A stretch of 64,000 nucleotides of DNA from an uncultured Actinomycetes bacterium (GTDB taxonomy: Bacteria > Actinomycetota > Thermoleophilia > Solirubrobacterales > 70-9). Location: positions 1,102,599 to 1,166,598 of the forward strand of contig OY969571.1 of NCBI GenBank assembly GCA_963701165.1, in the 5' to 3' direction. The position numbers were made by a program, and so were the translations under genes. Shown here piece after piece: positions 34,821 to 44,286 of the stretch; positions within the stretch are counted from its first letter, which is position 1, and every line of letters begins with the position of its first letter. The notes beneath the pieces were generated by a model. That model made no database searches and was not told the origin of the DNA. It saw nothing but the letters and a program-made list of their open reading frames with translations.

Positions 34821-36148
34821 TTGGAAAATGCCAAGCGAGTAACCCGCTACTGCGCCGGGCTGGGTGCCTTGGTGTGCCTTTTGCTGCCAGCAACCGCAGC
34901 GGCCGCCCCAAAGAAGGTGCCTTATGACGATCTGCCGCTACCGATTCAGCCGAGCTTCGTCGGCGTTTCAAAATGGAACCACCTTGATGTGACTTACGGG
35001 TTCGTAAATGGGACGGCTGACATTGCCGGGGATGGTGAGCGCCAAGCCGTCAAAGAAGCGTTTGCCCTATGGAGCGCGAGCTCACCGTTGTCCTTCGCGG
35101 AAACCAGCCCCGTCAGCGCCGACATAGAAATCAGCTGGGGCACGGGTGAACACGGGGACGGCTTTCCATTCGACGGAACCGGCGGCATACTCGCTCACGC
35201 GTTTTATCCATCAGACGGTCGAATCCACTTCGATGATGCGGAGACCTGGACTACGGCCACTCGCAGCAACTCCGCCGATCCGCGTGATCTGGTCACGGTC
35301 GCCGCTCACGAGATCGGGCACGCGATTGGCCTGGGCCACTCGGTCGACTCCTCAGCCTTGATGTACGAATTTTATTCGGGCAGCCATCGCTTCCTGGCTA
35401 ACGACGACATCGAAGGAATCGCCTCTCTATACCCCACTCGATGGCGCCTGAGAAACACTGCCAGCTCCGGATCGGTGGATGTAGAATTCGATTTTGGCGA
35501 GAGCGGGAACAAGTTCGTCTCCGGTGACTGGGACGGCAACGGCACGCGCACGCTCGGCACCTACAACCCGTCCTCGGGGGTTTGGAAGCTGCGCAATACC
35601 AACAGCGGGGGAACGCCGGACATCACCTTCCAGTTCGGCGGTGGGCCTGGAACCGCGCCATCGCCGGCGACTGGAATGGCGACGGGATCGACACCATCGG
35701 CGTCTTTGACCCGACCAACGGCAACTGGAACCTCCGCGACTCGAACAGCGCCGGCGGGGCCAACCACGCCTTCCAGTATGGGGGCAGCCCGTGGACGAGC
35801 GCGGTGGTCGGAGACTGGAACGGCGACGGGACGGACACCATCGGCGTCTACGACCCCAGCGCTGGCAACTGGAATCTGCGCGACTCGAACAGTGCCGGCG
35901 GAGCAAATCACGCGTTCCAGTACGGAGGGGGACCCTGGACCACTCCTATTGTCGGCGATTGGGACGGCAATGGGACCGACACCATCGGAGTGTACGACCC
36001 GAGTGCAGGCAACTGGAATCTGCGTGATGCTAACAGCGGCGGCAGTCCGAAATATTCGTTCCAGTACGGCGGAGGTGTATGGAACCGAGCCGTGACCGGC
36101 GACTGGGATGGCAACGGGACCGACACCATCGGAGTGGTGCGCGACTGA
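34821..36148 (+). CDS. Secreted matrixin-family (M10) zinc metalloprotease fused to five FG-GAP/VCBS-like 48-aa repeats; frame broken by one apparently missing base at 35646..35647
   Basis: TTG start after AAGGAG. Signal peptide ...LVCLLLPATAAAA. HEIGHAIGLGHS is the zinc site and ALMY is the Met-turn. The repeats GDW[DN]G[DN]GxDTIGVYDPSxGNWNLRDSNSAGG...FQYGG.PW continue in frame 2 (track ORF 35582..36148). The junction FQFGGG|PWNRAIAGDW is restored if CC is CCC. Confidence 0.75.
35523..36145 (+). repeat. Tandem coding repeat, 4.3 units of 144 bp (48 aa)
   Basis: Unit starts were verified at 35523, 35666 (143 bp after the first, i.e. one base short), 35810, 35954 and 36098. Each begins GG(N)GA(Y)TGG. 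Confidence 0.85.
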
Positions 36149-36156
36149 GAAGGAAA

Positions 36157-36190
36157 CGGCTCCGCGAGATCTCACGGGCTCGCGGAGCCG
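36157..36190 (+). terminator. GC-rich hairpin (12-bp stem, 10-nt loop) 9 nt after the matrixin stop; candidate intrinsic terminator without a U-tract
   Basis: CGGCTCCGCGAG (36157..36168) pairs perfectly with CTCGCGGAGCCG (36179..36190). Confidence 0.5.
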
Positions 36191-36230
36191 GCAATCCTCG
36201 GCGGCGGGCCGCCCCACTAGACTCGCCGCG

Positions 36231-36470
36231 ATGGATGATGGCTCCGACCTGCGGCGCGAGCTTGCCGAGCGCGACGCTGAGATCGAACGCCTGCGCGAGC
36301 TGCTGGTCGCCAAAGACGTGGAGATCGGCGAAGAACGGGGGCGGCGGCTGGAGCTGGAAAGCTACGCGCTGCGGGCGATCTCCTATGCCCGGCTGGCGAA
36401 GCTGGCGGTGACCCGTCCGGGGTACGTCCTGCGCCGGGTGCGCGAGCGCCGGAGCGGCGAGCGTGGCTGA
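36231..36470 (+). CDS. Small coiled-coil protein, overlapping the start of the downstream GT2 gene
   Basis: The ATG at 36231 gives MDDGSDLRRELAERDAEIERLRELLVAKDVEIGEERGRRLELESYALRAISYARLAKLAV... (79 aa). It overlaps 36463..38124 by 8 nt. Confidence 0.4.
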   Translation: MDDGSDLRRELAERDAEIERLRELLVAKDVEIGEERGRRLELESYALRAISYARLAKLAVTRPGYVLRRVRERRSGERG

Positions 36471-38124
36471 TGCGCCCCGCTTCTCGGTCATAACGCCGGT
36501 CTACGACACGCCGGTTGACGTCTTCTGGGCGATGGTCGGCTCGGTCCTCGCCCAGGGTTTCGGAGACTGGGAGCTGTGCCTGGTCGACGATCGCTCCCCC
36601 TCCCATCACGTGGCGGCGCTGCTGGACGAAGTCGAAGGGCTGGACCCGCGGATCCGGGTCTCCCGCCGGGCCGAAAACGGCGGCATCGTCGCCGCCTCCA
36701 ACGACGCCTTGGCGATGGCGCGGGGCGAATTCCTCGTCCTCCTCGACCACGACGACGAGCTGCACCCCGACGCGCTGCTGCACGTGGAGCGGGCGTTGCG
36801 GGCGGAACCGGAGGCCGACTACGCCTACACCGACGAGGACAAGATCGACCGCGCCGGCCGCCACTCCGGGCCGTTCTTCAAGCCCGACTGGTCGCCGGAG
36901 CGGATGCGGACCCAGATGTACTCCTGCCACCTCAGCGTCTTTCGCCGCTCGCTGGTCGAAGAGGTCGGCGGCTTCGATCCCGAGTTCGAAGGCTCCCAGG
37001 ACTGGGACCTGGTCCTGAAGGCGACCGAGCGGGCGGGCGCCGTCGTCCACGTCCCCCGCGTCCTCTACCACTGGCGGATGCTGGAGGGCTCGACCGCGGG
37101 CTCCGACGAGGCGGCGAAGCCGTGGGCCTTCGACGCGGGCACGCGCGCGGTCCAGGCCCACCTCGACCGGATCGGGATGCCCGCCCGCTGCACCCACGAC
37201 CCCGACGACCGCGGCGTCTACCACCTCGACCCGGAGCTGAGCAGCGAACCGCTGGTCAGCATCGTCATCCCCACCGCCGGCCAGGTGCGGGAAGTCCGCT
37301 ACGAGCCGGTCGTGCTCGTCAGCCACTGCCTGCGCAGCATCGTCGCGACCTCGACCTATGAGAACTACGAGCTGGTGGTCGTCGTCGACACCCCGGCTGA
37401 GGAGGCGCTGCTGGATGAGCTGCGGGAGATCGGCGGCGAGCGGCTGCGGCTGGTCTCCTACGACAAGCCCTTCAGCTACTCGGACAAGGTCAACGTCGGC
37501 GCCGCCGCCGCCCGCGGCGAATACCTGCTGCTGCTGAACGACGACATCGAGGTGGCGACGCCGAACTGGATCGAGCGCATGGTCATGTACTCGGGGATGG
37601 AGGAGATCGGCGCCGTCGGCGGCCGGCTCCTGCTCCAGGACGAGCGCCTGCAGCACGTCGGCGTCCGCTTCGAGGGCGGCCTGCCGGGCCACCACTACTG
37701 GGGCTTCCGCGGCGACTTCCGCGGCTACGCCAACACGGTGCGCACCGCGCAGAACTGCCTCGCCGTCACCGCCGCCTGCCTGATGACCCGGCGCCAGCTG
37801 TTCGAGCAGCTCGGCGGCCTCAGCGACGACTTCCCGGTCAACTACAACGACGTCGACTACTGCCTGCGGCTGCGGCAGCTGGACAAGCGGACCGTTTACG
37901 ACCCCGACTTGAAGATGTTCCACTTCGAGTCTTCGAGCCGCTCTTCGGCCGTCGAGGACTGGGAGAAGCGACTGTTCAGGGAAAGGTGGCTACCGTTAAC
38001 CGCCGTCGACCCCTACTCGAATCCGCAACTGCGCCACGAACTGCCGCGGCTCAGCTCCAAATTCAGCTGGATGCCCCGCCGCCCCCGGCTCCGGCGCCGC
38101 CTCCCGAAAGGACAACCTGCCTGA
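36463..38124 (+). CDS. Two-domain family 2 glycosyltransferase
   Basis: The first GT2 is FSVITPVYDTPVDVFWAMVGSVLAQ...CLVDDRS...LLDHDDEL. The second GT2 is VSIVIPTAGQ...LLLNDDIEV...NYNDVDYCLR. Confidence 0.8.
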   Translation: MADAPRFSVITPVYDTPVDVFWAMVGSVLAQGFGDWELCLVDDRSPSHHVAALLDEVEGLDPRIRVSRRAENGGIVAASNDALAMARGEFLVLLDHDDELHPDALLHVERALRAEPEADYAYTDEDKIDRAGRHSGPFFKPDWSPERMRTQMYSCHLSVFRRSLVEEVGGFDPEFEGSQDWDLVLKATERAGAVVHVPRVLYHWRMLEGSTAGSDEAAKPWAFDAGTRAVQAHLDRIGMPARCTHDPDDRGVYHLDPELSSEPLVSIVIPTAGQVREVRYEPVVLVSHCLRSIVATSTYENYELVVVVDTPAEEALLDELREIGGERLRLVSYDKPFSYSDKVNVGAAAARGEYLLLLNDDIEVATPNWIERMVMYSGMEEIGAVGGRLLLQDERLQHVGVRFEGGLPGHHYWGFRGDFRGYANTVRTAQNCLAVTAACLMTRRQLFEQLGGLSDDFPVNYNDVDYCLRLRQLDKRTVYDPDLKMFHFESSSRSSAVEDWEKRLFRERWLPLTAVDPYSNPQLRHELPRLSSKFSWMPRRPRLRRRLPKGQPA

Positions 38125-38125
38125 C

Positions 38126-38770
38126 GTGAACTACGAGCGCCTGTACAGCTTCCGCTTCCGCGACATCGACCAGGACGGCCGGATCGCTGTCTGGCAGCAG
38201 ATCAGCCCCCACGTCCACGGCCTGATGGGCAGCCCGCAGAAGGTGCTCGACCCGGCCGCCGGCCGCGGCGAGTTCATCGGCGCGATCCCCGCCAAGGAGA
38301 CCTGGGCCGTCGACGCCGTCAGCTACGACGAGGCCGCCCACAAGCCGGACACGAAAGTGATCACCGCGATGATCATGGACGCCGAGCTCCCTGCCGACCA
38401 CTTCGACGGCGTCTTCGTCTCCAACTTCCTCGAGCACCTCTACGACCAGGAGGCGATCGCCGCCTTCCTGGAAAAAATGAACAGCTCGATGGAGGGGGGC
38501 GGGCGGATCGCGATCATGGGGCCCAACTACCGCTACTGCTCCGACGAGTACTGGGACTGCGCCGACCACTACGTCGCCCTCACCCACGTGGCGATCGAAG
38601 AGCACCTCTACGCCGCCGGGTTCGAGATCGAGCGGGTAATCCCCCGCTACCTGCCCTACTCCTTCCGCGGGATCCTGCCGCCCTCGCCGGCGCTGACCCG
38701 TCTCTACCTGAAGACGCCGCTCGCCTGGCGGCTTCTCGGCAAGCAGTTCCTGGTGATCGGGCGCAAGTAG
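38126..38770 (+). CDS. Class I SAM-dependent methyltransferase (candidate glycan methyltransferase)
   Basis: VLDPAAGRGEFIG is motif I, followed by FDGVFVSNFLEHL and GGRIAIMGPN. It begins 1 nt after the GT2 stop. Confidence 0.7.
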   Translation: MNYERLYSFRFRDIDQDGRIAVWQQISPHVHGLMGSPQKVLDPAAGRGEFIGAIPAKETWAVDAVSYDEAAHKPDTKVITAMIMDAELPADHFDGVFVSNFLEHLYDQEAIAAFLEKMNSSMEGGGRIAIMGPNYRYCSDEYWDCADHYVALTHVAIEEHLYAAGFEIERVIPRYLPYSFRGILPPSPALTRLYLKTPLAWRLLGKQFLVIGRK

Positions 38771-39702
38771 TGCAGGGCCGGATCCTCGTCATCGGCTGCG
38801 GCTTCATCGGGTCCAACATCGTCGAGGAGCTCGTCGCCAGCGGCCGGCCGCCGGCCGTGCTCACCCGCTCGGCGCCGGTGGCGGACGTGGCAGCGCAGAT
38901 CGGCGCCGGCAACCTGATCGTCGGCGACGCCACCGACCCGGAGACCGTGGAGCGGGCGCTGGACGGGGTCGGGCACGTGATCTTCAGCGCCGGCGGCCTG
39001 CTGCCGGCGGCCTCCGAGCAGGACCCCGAGCTCGACGCGCGGCTGACGCTGGGGCCGGTGCGGACGGTGCTGGAGCGACTGCGGGAGCGGCCCGGAGTCG
39101 GCCTCACCTACCTCTCCTCCGGCGGCACCGTCTATGGCGAGCCGGAGACGATCCCCGTCCCCGAGGACGCCCCAACCGAGGCCTTCGGCGCCTACGGCCG
39201 CCTTCACCTCCAGTGCGAGTCCGAAGTGCTGGCGGCGAGCCGCGAGCACGGGCTGCCGGCGCGGATCCTGCGCTGCGCGACGGTCTACGGCGAGCACCAG
39301 CACCCCGACCGCGGCCAGGGCGCCGTCGTCACCTTCCTGCACCGGATCGAACGCGGCGAGCAGATCGACCTCTACGGGGGCGGCGCCAGCATCCGCGACT
39401 ACGTCTACGTCGGCGACGTCGCCAGGGCGGCGATCGCCCTGGTCGAGGCGGGCGGGCCGGCGGTGCTCAACGCCGGCAGCGGCGAGGGCACTTCCCTGCT
39501 GGACTTGCTGCGGGCGGTCGAGCGGGAGGTCGGCCGCGAGGCCCGGGTCCACCAGCACGAGCCGCGCGACTTCGAAGTCCACCAAATCGTTCTCGACACG
39601 ACGCTGTTGCATCAGACCGTGGAGCTCGAGACCACCGACCTTGCCGCGGGCATCGCCCGCACCCACCACTGGCTGGTCACGGGGCGACCGGAGCGGGTTT
39701 GA
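38770..39702 (+). CDS. NAD-dependent epimerase/dehydratase (extended SDR)
   Basis: ILVIGCGFIGSNIVEEL, SSGGTVYG and YGRLHLQCE (YxxxK-like region). The GTG start overlaps the preceding TAG. Confidence 0.75.
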   Translation: MQGRILVIGCGFIGSNIVEELVASGRPPAVLTRSAPVADVAAQIGAGNLIVGDATDPETVERALDGVGHVIFSAGGLLPAASEQDPELDARLTLGPVRTVLERLRERPGVGLTYLSSGGTVYGEPETIPVPEDAPTEAFGAYGRLHLQCESEVLAASREHGLPARILRCATVYGEHQHPDRGQGAVVTFLHRIERGEQIDLYGGGASIRDYVYVGDVARAAIALVEAGGPAVLNAGSGEGTSLLDLLRAVEREVGREARVHQHEPRDFEVHQIVLDTTLLHQTVELETTDLAAGIARTHHWLVTGRPERV

Positions 39703-41381
39703 GCGAGAGCGCCGAAAGGCTCAACGGCCTGCGCTGGCGGCTGCGCGCGACCCGCGCCCTCTGGCGCCGGGGCGCGACGCCCGAGGTCGTCGTCGGCGCG
39801 GTCGGCGGCCGCAAGCGAACCGAACCGGTCGCCCAGCTCGACGAGCCGACCGGCGGCGACCTGGTCGGGATGGACGCGATCTCCGTGCGCGGCTGGCTCT
39901 TCTTTCCGGAGGCGCCGACGGCGCGGGTCGAGGTCTTCCTCGGCGGTCGCTCGCTTGGCCCGGCCCGGATCGGCGCCCCGCGACTCGACGTCGCCGAAGT
40001 CTGGGAGGACCCCCACGCCACCGCGGCCGGCTTCGAACTGGACGCCGACCTCACCGCCTGGGACGGCGGCGAGGGTGAGCACGATCTGCTCGTCGTCGCC
40101 ACCAGCCTCAGCGGCCGGCGCCACGAGCTGGAGCCGGTGCGGGTCAAGGTCGGCACGCCCCCCGAGAAGCCCGGCAAGTTGGCGCCGCCACCGGCGCGGA
40201 CCGCGACCCCGGCCTCGGACCGGCGGCCTCATGTCCTCGTCGTCACCCACCAGCTCACCCTCGGGGGCGCCCAGCTGTACCTGCTCGACCTGCTGCGCCA
40301 GCTGGTCCGCACCGGGACCGCGACCTTCACCATGGTCAGCTCGATCGACGGGCCGCTGCGCGCCGTGGTCGAGGCGCTGGGGATCCCGGTCCACATCAGC
40401 AGCCTCACCCCCTACGACGACACCAGCTCCCACATCGGCCGGGTCGAGGAGCTGGCCAGCTGGTCGCAGGGCCGCGGCTTCGACGCCGCCCTGCTCAACA
40501 CCGCCACCGCCTGGACGGTGCCCGGCGCCGAGGCGGCGGCCGAGCTCGGGATCCCGGTCGTCTGGGCGATCCACGAGAGCTTTGCGCCGAGCGTGTTGCT
40601 CGCCGACTTCTCGCCCGAGGTGCGAGACCGCACCGAACGGGCGCTGGCCGGCGCCTCCACCCTCGTCTTCGAGGCCGAGGCGACCAAGCGCCTGTATGAG
40701 CCGGTGGCCGGCGTCGAGCGCTGCGCGATGCACCCCTACGGGCTCAATCTGGAGCCGATCGACGCTCACCGAGCGGCCTTCGACGGCGCGGCCGCGCGGC
40801 GCCAAGCCGGGATCCCGGCCGAAGCCGAGCTGGTCGTCTGCGTCGGCACGGTCGAGCCGCGCAAGGCGCAGGTGATGCTGGCGCAGGCCTTCGACCTCGT
40901 CGCCGAGCGCCACCCGAGCGCTTGGGTCGCCTTCGTCGGAGGCCGTGACGACGACAACACCGGGGCGCTGCGCCGCTACGTCGAGGCCTCCCCATACGGT
41001 GACCGCATGCAGGTGATCCCGATCACCCCCGAAGTCGAAACTTGGTACGGAATGGCGGACGTGCTGGTCTGCGCCTCCGACATCGAGTCGACCCCGCGCA
41101 CGGTGCTCGAGGCGATGGCCTGGGAGACGCCGGTGCTGGGGACGCGGGTCTTCGGCCTGCCGGAGTTGATCACCGATGGCGAGACCGGCTGGCTCTGCGA
41201 GCCGCGCGACCTGCCGGCCCTGGCCGCGGGCCTCGACCGGGTGCTGTCGCTGCCGGCCGAGGAGCGGCGGCGGGTCGGCGCCGCGGGCCGGCCGCTGGTC
41301 GAGGAGCGCCACTCGCTGGAGCGCTACGGGCGCGAGATCGCCGCCCTGCTGGAGCAGGCGGTCGCCGGGGCGACGCGATGA
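39699..41381 (+). CDS. GT4 (GT-B) glycosyltransferase with a roughly 190-aa N-terminal beta-rich extra domain
   Basis: TTG at 39699 overlaps the epimerase TGA. HVLVVTHQLTLGGAQLYLLDL... through ...ESTPRTVLEAMAWETPVLGTRVFGLPELITDGETGWL carries the E-x7-E region. Confidence 0.75.
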   Translation: MSESAERLNGLRWRLRATRALWRRGATPEVVVGAVGGRKRTEPVAQLDEPTGGDLVGMDAISVRGWLFFPEAPTARVEVFLGGRSLGPARIGAPRLDVAEVWEDPHATAAGFELDADLTAWDGGEGEHDLLVVATSLSGRRHELEPVRVKVGTPPEKPGKLAPPPARTATPASDRRPHVLVVTHQLTLGGAQLYLLDLLRQLVRTGTATFTMVSSIDGPLRAVVEALGIPVHISSLTPYDDTSSHIGRVEELASWSQGRGFDAALLNTATAWTVPGAEAAAELGIPVVWAIHESFAPSVLLADFSPEVRDRTERALAGASTLVFEAEATKRLYEPVAGVERCAMHPYGLNLEPIDAHRAAFDGAAARRQAGIPAEAELVVCVGTVEPRKAQVMLAQAFDLVAERHPSAWVAFVGGRDDDNTGALRRYVEASPYGDRMQVIPITPEVETWYGMADVLVCASDIESTPRTVLEAMAWETPVLGTRVFGLPELITDGETGWLCEPRDLPALAAGLDRVLSLPAEERRRVGAAGRPLVEERHSLERYGREIAALLEQAVAGATR

Positions 41382-43171
41382 AGGCCCGGATCCAGAACCT
41401 CAGCCCGTCCTGGCGCTGGGCGCTGATCGTCGCCATCGGCTGCGTCGTGATGGCCGCGATCAACGTTTTGTGGGTCGCCGTCTACCGCCACGGCTACCCG
41501 ATGGACGTCGACGAGAACGGCTACACGATGATCGGCATCATCGACTTCTTCGGCTGGGAAAACGGGGGCTTCAGCGGCTGGTGGGAAGCGGTCCAGAACC
41601 AGACGCCGAACGCGCCGCTGCTGCCGGCGCTGACCTCGATCGTCCTCATCTTCAACCCCGGGGTGCTGCAGGGCTTCGGCGTCCTGATCGCCTTCGCAGC
41701 GCTGCTGACTCTGGCCACCTACGGGATCGGCGAGCGCCTCGCCGGGCCGCGCCTGGGGGCTCTGGCGGCGCTCGCGGTCGGCACCAGCCAGGGAATCTTC
41801 GTCTTCACCCATGAGTACATCTTCGCCCTCCCAACCGCCGCCTTTCTCTCCTGCACGGTCTATGCGCTGATCCGCAGCGAAGGGATGCTGAGGTGGCGCT
41901 GGGCGGTCGCCTGCGGCGCGGCCATCGGCCTGATGATGCTCTCGCGGACGATGGCGGTCGCCTTCCTGCCGGGGATCGGGGTCGCCGCCCTGCTGCCGAT
42001 CGCCGTCAACTATCGCGACGAGCTGAAGAAACGGCTGCTCAACCTCGGCCTCCTCGTCGTCAGCGCCGTCCTCGTCGCCTCCACCTGGTACTGGAACAAC
42101 TTCGGCCCGGTCTATGACTACCTGACCGAATTCGGCTACGGCTCGCAGGCGAAAAACTTCGGCGAGTCGAGCTCGACCCTCTCCTGGGACCGCTTCAAGA
42201 CGGTCGCCGAGAAGATCATCCAGGGAGACCTGCTGGTGCCGATGTCGGTCCTCGTCGTCATCGGCCTGGTCGCCTGCGGGGTCGCCGTCGCGCAGCGACT
42301 GCGGGCCGCCGAGGACCGCCGCGCCGAGGCCCTGCGCATCCTCGGCAGCAACGCGATGGCGCTCTTCATCGTCGCCGGCGCCGGCTTCGGCGCACTGATG
42401 AGTTCGCAGAACGGCGGCTTCGGCTTCACCTTCCCGGTCGCGATGCTGCTGCCGCCGCTGGCGGTGGTGGCGCTGCGGTTCTACCGCGCCGCGATCGTCC
42501 CGGCTGCGGTGTTGGTGGTGGCGATCGCCGCGGTCAACCTGCTGGCCAACTCCAACATCTCCGACGACATCTCCGAACCGCGCCTGGTCGAGGTGCCGGC
42601 CTTCGGCGAACTGCCGTGGATCAGCGGCGAACCGGCCGCAGTCGGCAACGTGCGACAGCAGGCGCCGGGGCCGCGCACCCGGTTCATCTCCGAGGACGAG
42701 GGCTACGTCGCGACCGACCTGGAGCTGGCCCAGACCCTGCTCGAACCGATCGCCCCCGAAGGCGAGCCCCGCCTCGTCGCCTTCGCCTCCCGCCATCGCG
42801 TCGTCAGCACCAACAGCGTCGGCCTCGCCGGCCTGATCAACTATCGCCGCGGCATCCCCTTCACCCAGCTGCTTGCCGAACCCGACTCGGTCGCCCACTA
42901 CGAAGAACAGATCACCGGGCCGGAATTGGGCGAACCGACGGCGATCGTCACCACCAGCACCGAAGCGGGCGACTTCGAACCGCTGGTCACTCAGGCAAAG
43001 GTCGAGACCGCCCTCGAGAACCTCAACTTCCGCCTCGTCCGCCAGGTGCCGATGCCCGGCGGGCGGAGGCTGCGGGTCTGGGTCTGGAGCGGGAAATACG
43101 GGTCCGCCGCTAACGCGACGAGCCGGCCTTCTGCTGGTCGGGCTTCCGCACCTGGTAATCGCCCCGGCTGA
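41378..43171 (+). CDS. GT-C fold membrane glycosyltransferase (ArnT/PMT_2-like, GT39/GT83-type)
   Basis: The ATG at 41378 overlaps the previous stop (ATGA). The first-loop acidic motif is YPMDVDENGYTMIG, followed by at least 11 TM helices and a soluble C-terminal domain. Confidence 0.6.
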   Translation: MKARIQNLSPSWRWALIVAIGCVVMAAINVLWVAVYRHGYPMDVDENGYTMIGIIDFFGWENGGFSGWWEAVQNQTPNAPLLPALTSIVLIFNPGVLQGFGVLIAFAALLTLATYGIGERLAGPRLGALAALAVGTSQGIFVFTHEYIFALPTAAFLSCTVYALIRSEGMLRWRWAVACGAAIGLMMLSRTMAVAFLPGIGVAALLPIAVNYRDELKKRLLNLGLLVVSAVLVASTWYWNNFGPVYDYLTEFGYGSQAKNFGESSSTLSWDRFKTVAEKIIQGDLLVPMSVLVVIGLVACGVAVAQRLRAAEDRRAEALRILGSNAMALFIVAGAGFGALMSSQNGGFGFTFPVAMLLPPLAVVALRFYRAAIVPAAVLVVAIAAVNLLANSNISDDISEPRLVEVPAFGELPWISGEPAAVGNVRQQAPGPRTRFISEDEGYVATDLELAQTLLEPIAPEGEPRLVAFASRHRVVSTNSVGLAGLINYRRGIPFTQLLAEPDSVAHYEEQITGPELGEPTAIVTTSTEAGDFEPLVTQAKVETALENLNFRLVRQVPMPGGRRLRVWVWSGKYGSAANATSRPSAGRASAPGNRPG

Positions 43172-43886
43172 GGGTCATCTCCAGCCACACATAGAGGGTG
43201 ATGAAGAGGTAGCGGCTGCCCATCTCTTTCATCGCCAGCTTCGCCTCGCCGGTGGTGCGGTTGGTCCAGGAGGTGGGGACGACGGCGTAGGAGTGGCCGC
43301 GGACGATCGCCTTCAGGGGCATCTCGACGGTGAGGTTGAAGTGCTTGGAGAGGAGCGGCTGGATCGTTTCGACGACCTCGCGCCGATAGGCCTTGAAGGC
43401 GTTGGTGGTGTCGTTGTAGCGGTGGCGGAAGAGGATGCGGATGAACTGGTTGGCGAGGCGGTTGACCACGTACTTGAGCCGCGGGTAGTCGTAGACCTCG
43501 GCCCCGGCGACGAAGCGGGAGCCGAAGGCGCAGTCGTAGCCCTCCTCGAGCAGCTGGTGGTAGCGGATCAGGTCGTCGGGGTCGTCGGAGGCATCGGCCA
43601 TGACGATCGCCACCGCGTCGCCCGCGAAGACGTCGAGCCCGGCCCGGATCGCGTTGCCGAAGCCGCGTTCGTTGTGGGAGCGGTGGACGCGGACGCGGGG
43701 GTTGCGCTCGCCGATCGCGGCGACCACCGCTTCGGTCGAGTCGGTCGAGTCGTCGTTGACGACGATCACCTCGTAGTCGACGCCCTCGCGCTCGAGCGCG
43801 GCGACCACGCCTTCGACCGTGGCCCCGACCGAGCCCTCCTCGTTCTGGGCCGGCATCACCACCGAGAGCTTGATCCCCTCTGCCAT
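43110..43886 (-). CDS. Polyprenyl-phosphate sugar synthase (GtrB/ArnC/DPM1-like GT2)
   Basis: LSVVMPAQNEEGSVGATV...IVVNDDSTDST...ERGFGNAIRAGL...VMADASDDP, plus a C-terminal TM segment LFITLYVWLEM. Confidence 0.8.
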   Translation of the reverse strand: MAEGIKLSVVMPAQNEEGSVGATVEGVVAALEREGVDYEVIVVNDDSTDSTEAVVAAIGERNPRVRVHRSHNERGFGNAIRAGLDVFAGDAVAIVMADASDDPDDLIRYHQLLEEGYDCAFGSRFVAGAEVYDYPRLKYVVNRLANQFIRILFRHRYNDTTNAFKAYRREVVETIQPLLSKHFNLTVEMPLKAIVRGHSYAVVPTSWTNRTTGEAKLAMKEMGSRYLFITLYVWLEMTLSRGDYQVRKPDQQKAGSSR

Positions 43887-43998
43887 GAGGCGGCGACGCT
43901 ACCGGATGTCACAAAAATGCTGCGAAGTCGCGAGAGAGATTTTCCTTTCTGCGCGCAACACGTCGCAGCCAAAACATTACGCTAGGATCGTGGCGGTG

Positions 43999-44283
43999 AT
44001 GGTGCCGAGAGAGAAGTGGACCGACGAGCGTCTCGACGACCTCAACAAGAAGGTCGACGACGGCTTCGCGGAGACGAAAGCCGAGATGCGGGAAGGCTTC
44101 GCTCGGGTGAATGGCGAGATCAAGGAACTGCGGCGCGAGATGAACGCCCGGTTCGGAAAAGTGGACGCTCGGTTCGAAAACTTCGAAGACTCGATGAACG
44201 CACGTTTTGAAGCACTGAACCGGACCCTGATCGGCGGCCTCTTCGTGGTGGTTGCCGCGATCATCGGCAGCAACGCCTTTTGA
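43999..44283 (+). CDS. Small coiled-coil protein with a C-terminal TM anchor (function unknown)
   Basis: The ATG at 43999 was verified. DDLNKKVDDGFAETKAEMREGFARVNGEIKELRREMNARFGKVDARFENFEDSMNARFEALNR is followed by LIGGLFVVVAAIIGSNAF. Lower GC. Confidence 0.4.
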   Translation: MVPREKWTDERLDDLNKKVDDGFAETKAEMREGFARVNGEIKELRREMNARFGKVDARFENFEDSMNARFEALNRTLIGGLFVVVAAIIGSNAF

Positions 44284-44286
44284 CGC

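Noticed and set aside
35523-36145. Tandem 144-bp repeats considered as a CRISPR or non-coding satellite
   Set aside because: The units are contiguous without spacers, keep an open reading frame and encode a conserved 48-aa protein repeat.
36217-37923. 568-aa minus-strand ORF opposite the two-domain GT2 gene
   Set aside because: It is an antisense artefact, while the plus strand shows two clean GT2 cores.
39213-39698. The upstream 162 codons of track ORF 39213..41381, and likewise the upstream extensions of ORFs 41042, 15142..16287, 17832..19235, 45368..46696, 58361..59824 and 62672..63544
   Set aside because: These extensions overlap the preceding real gene in another frame and are Arg/Pro/Gly-rich. 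Internal starts that abut or overlap the upstream stop (ATGA/TTGA) give canonical N-termini.
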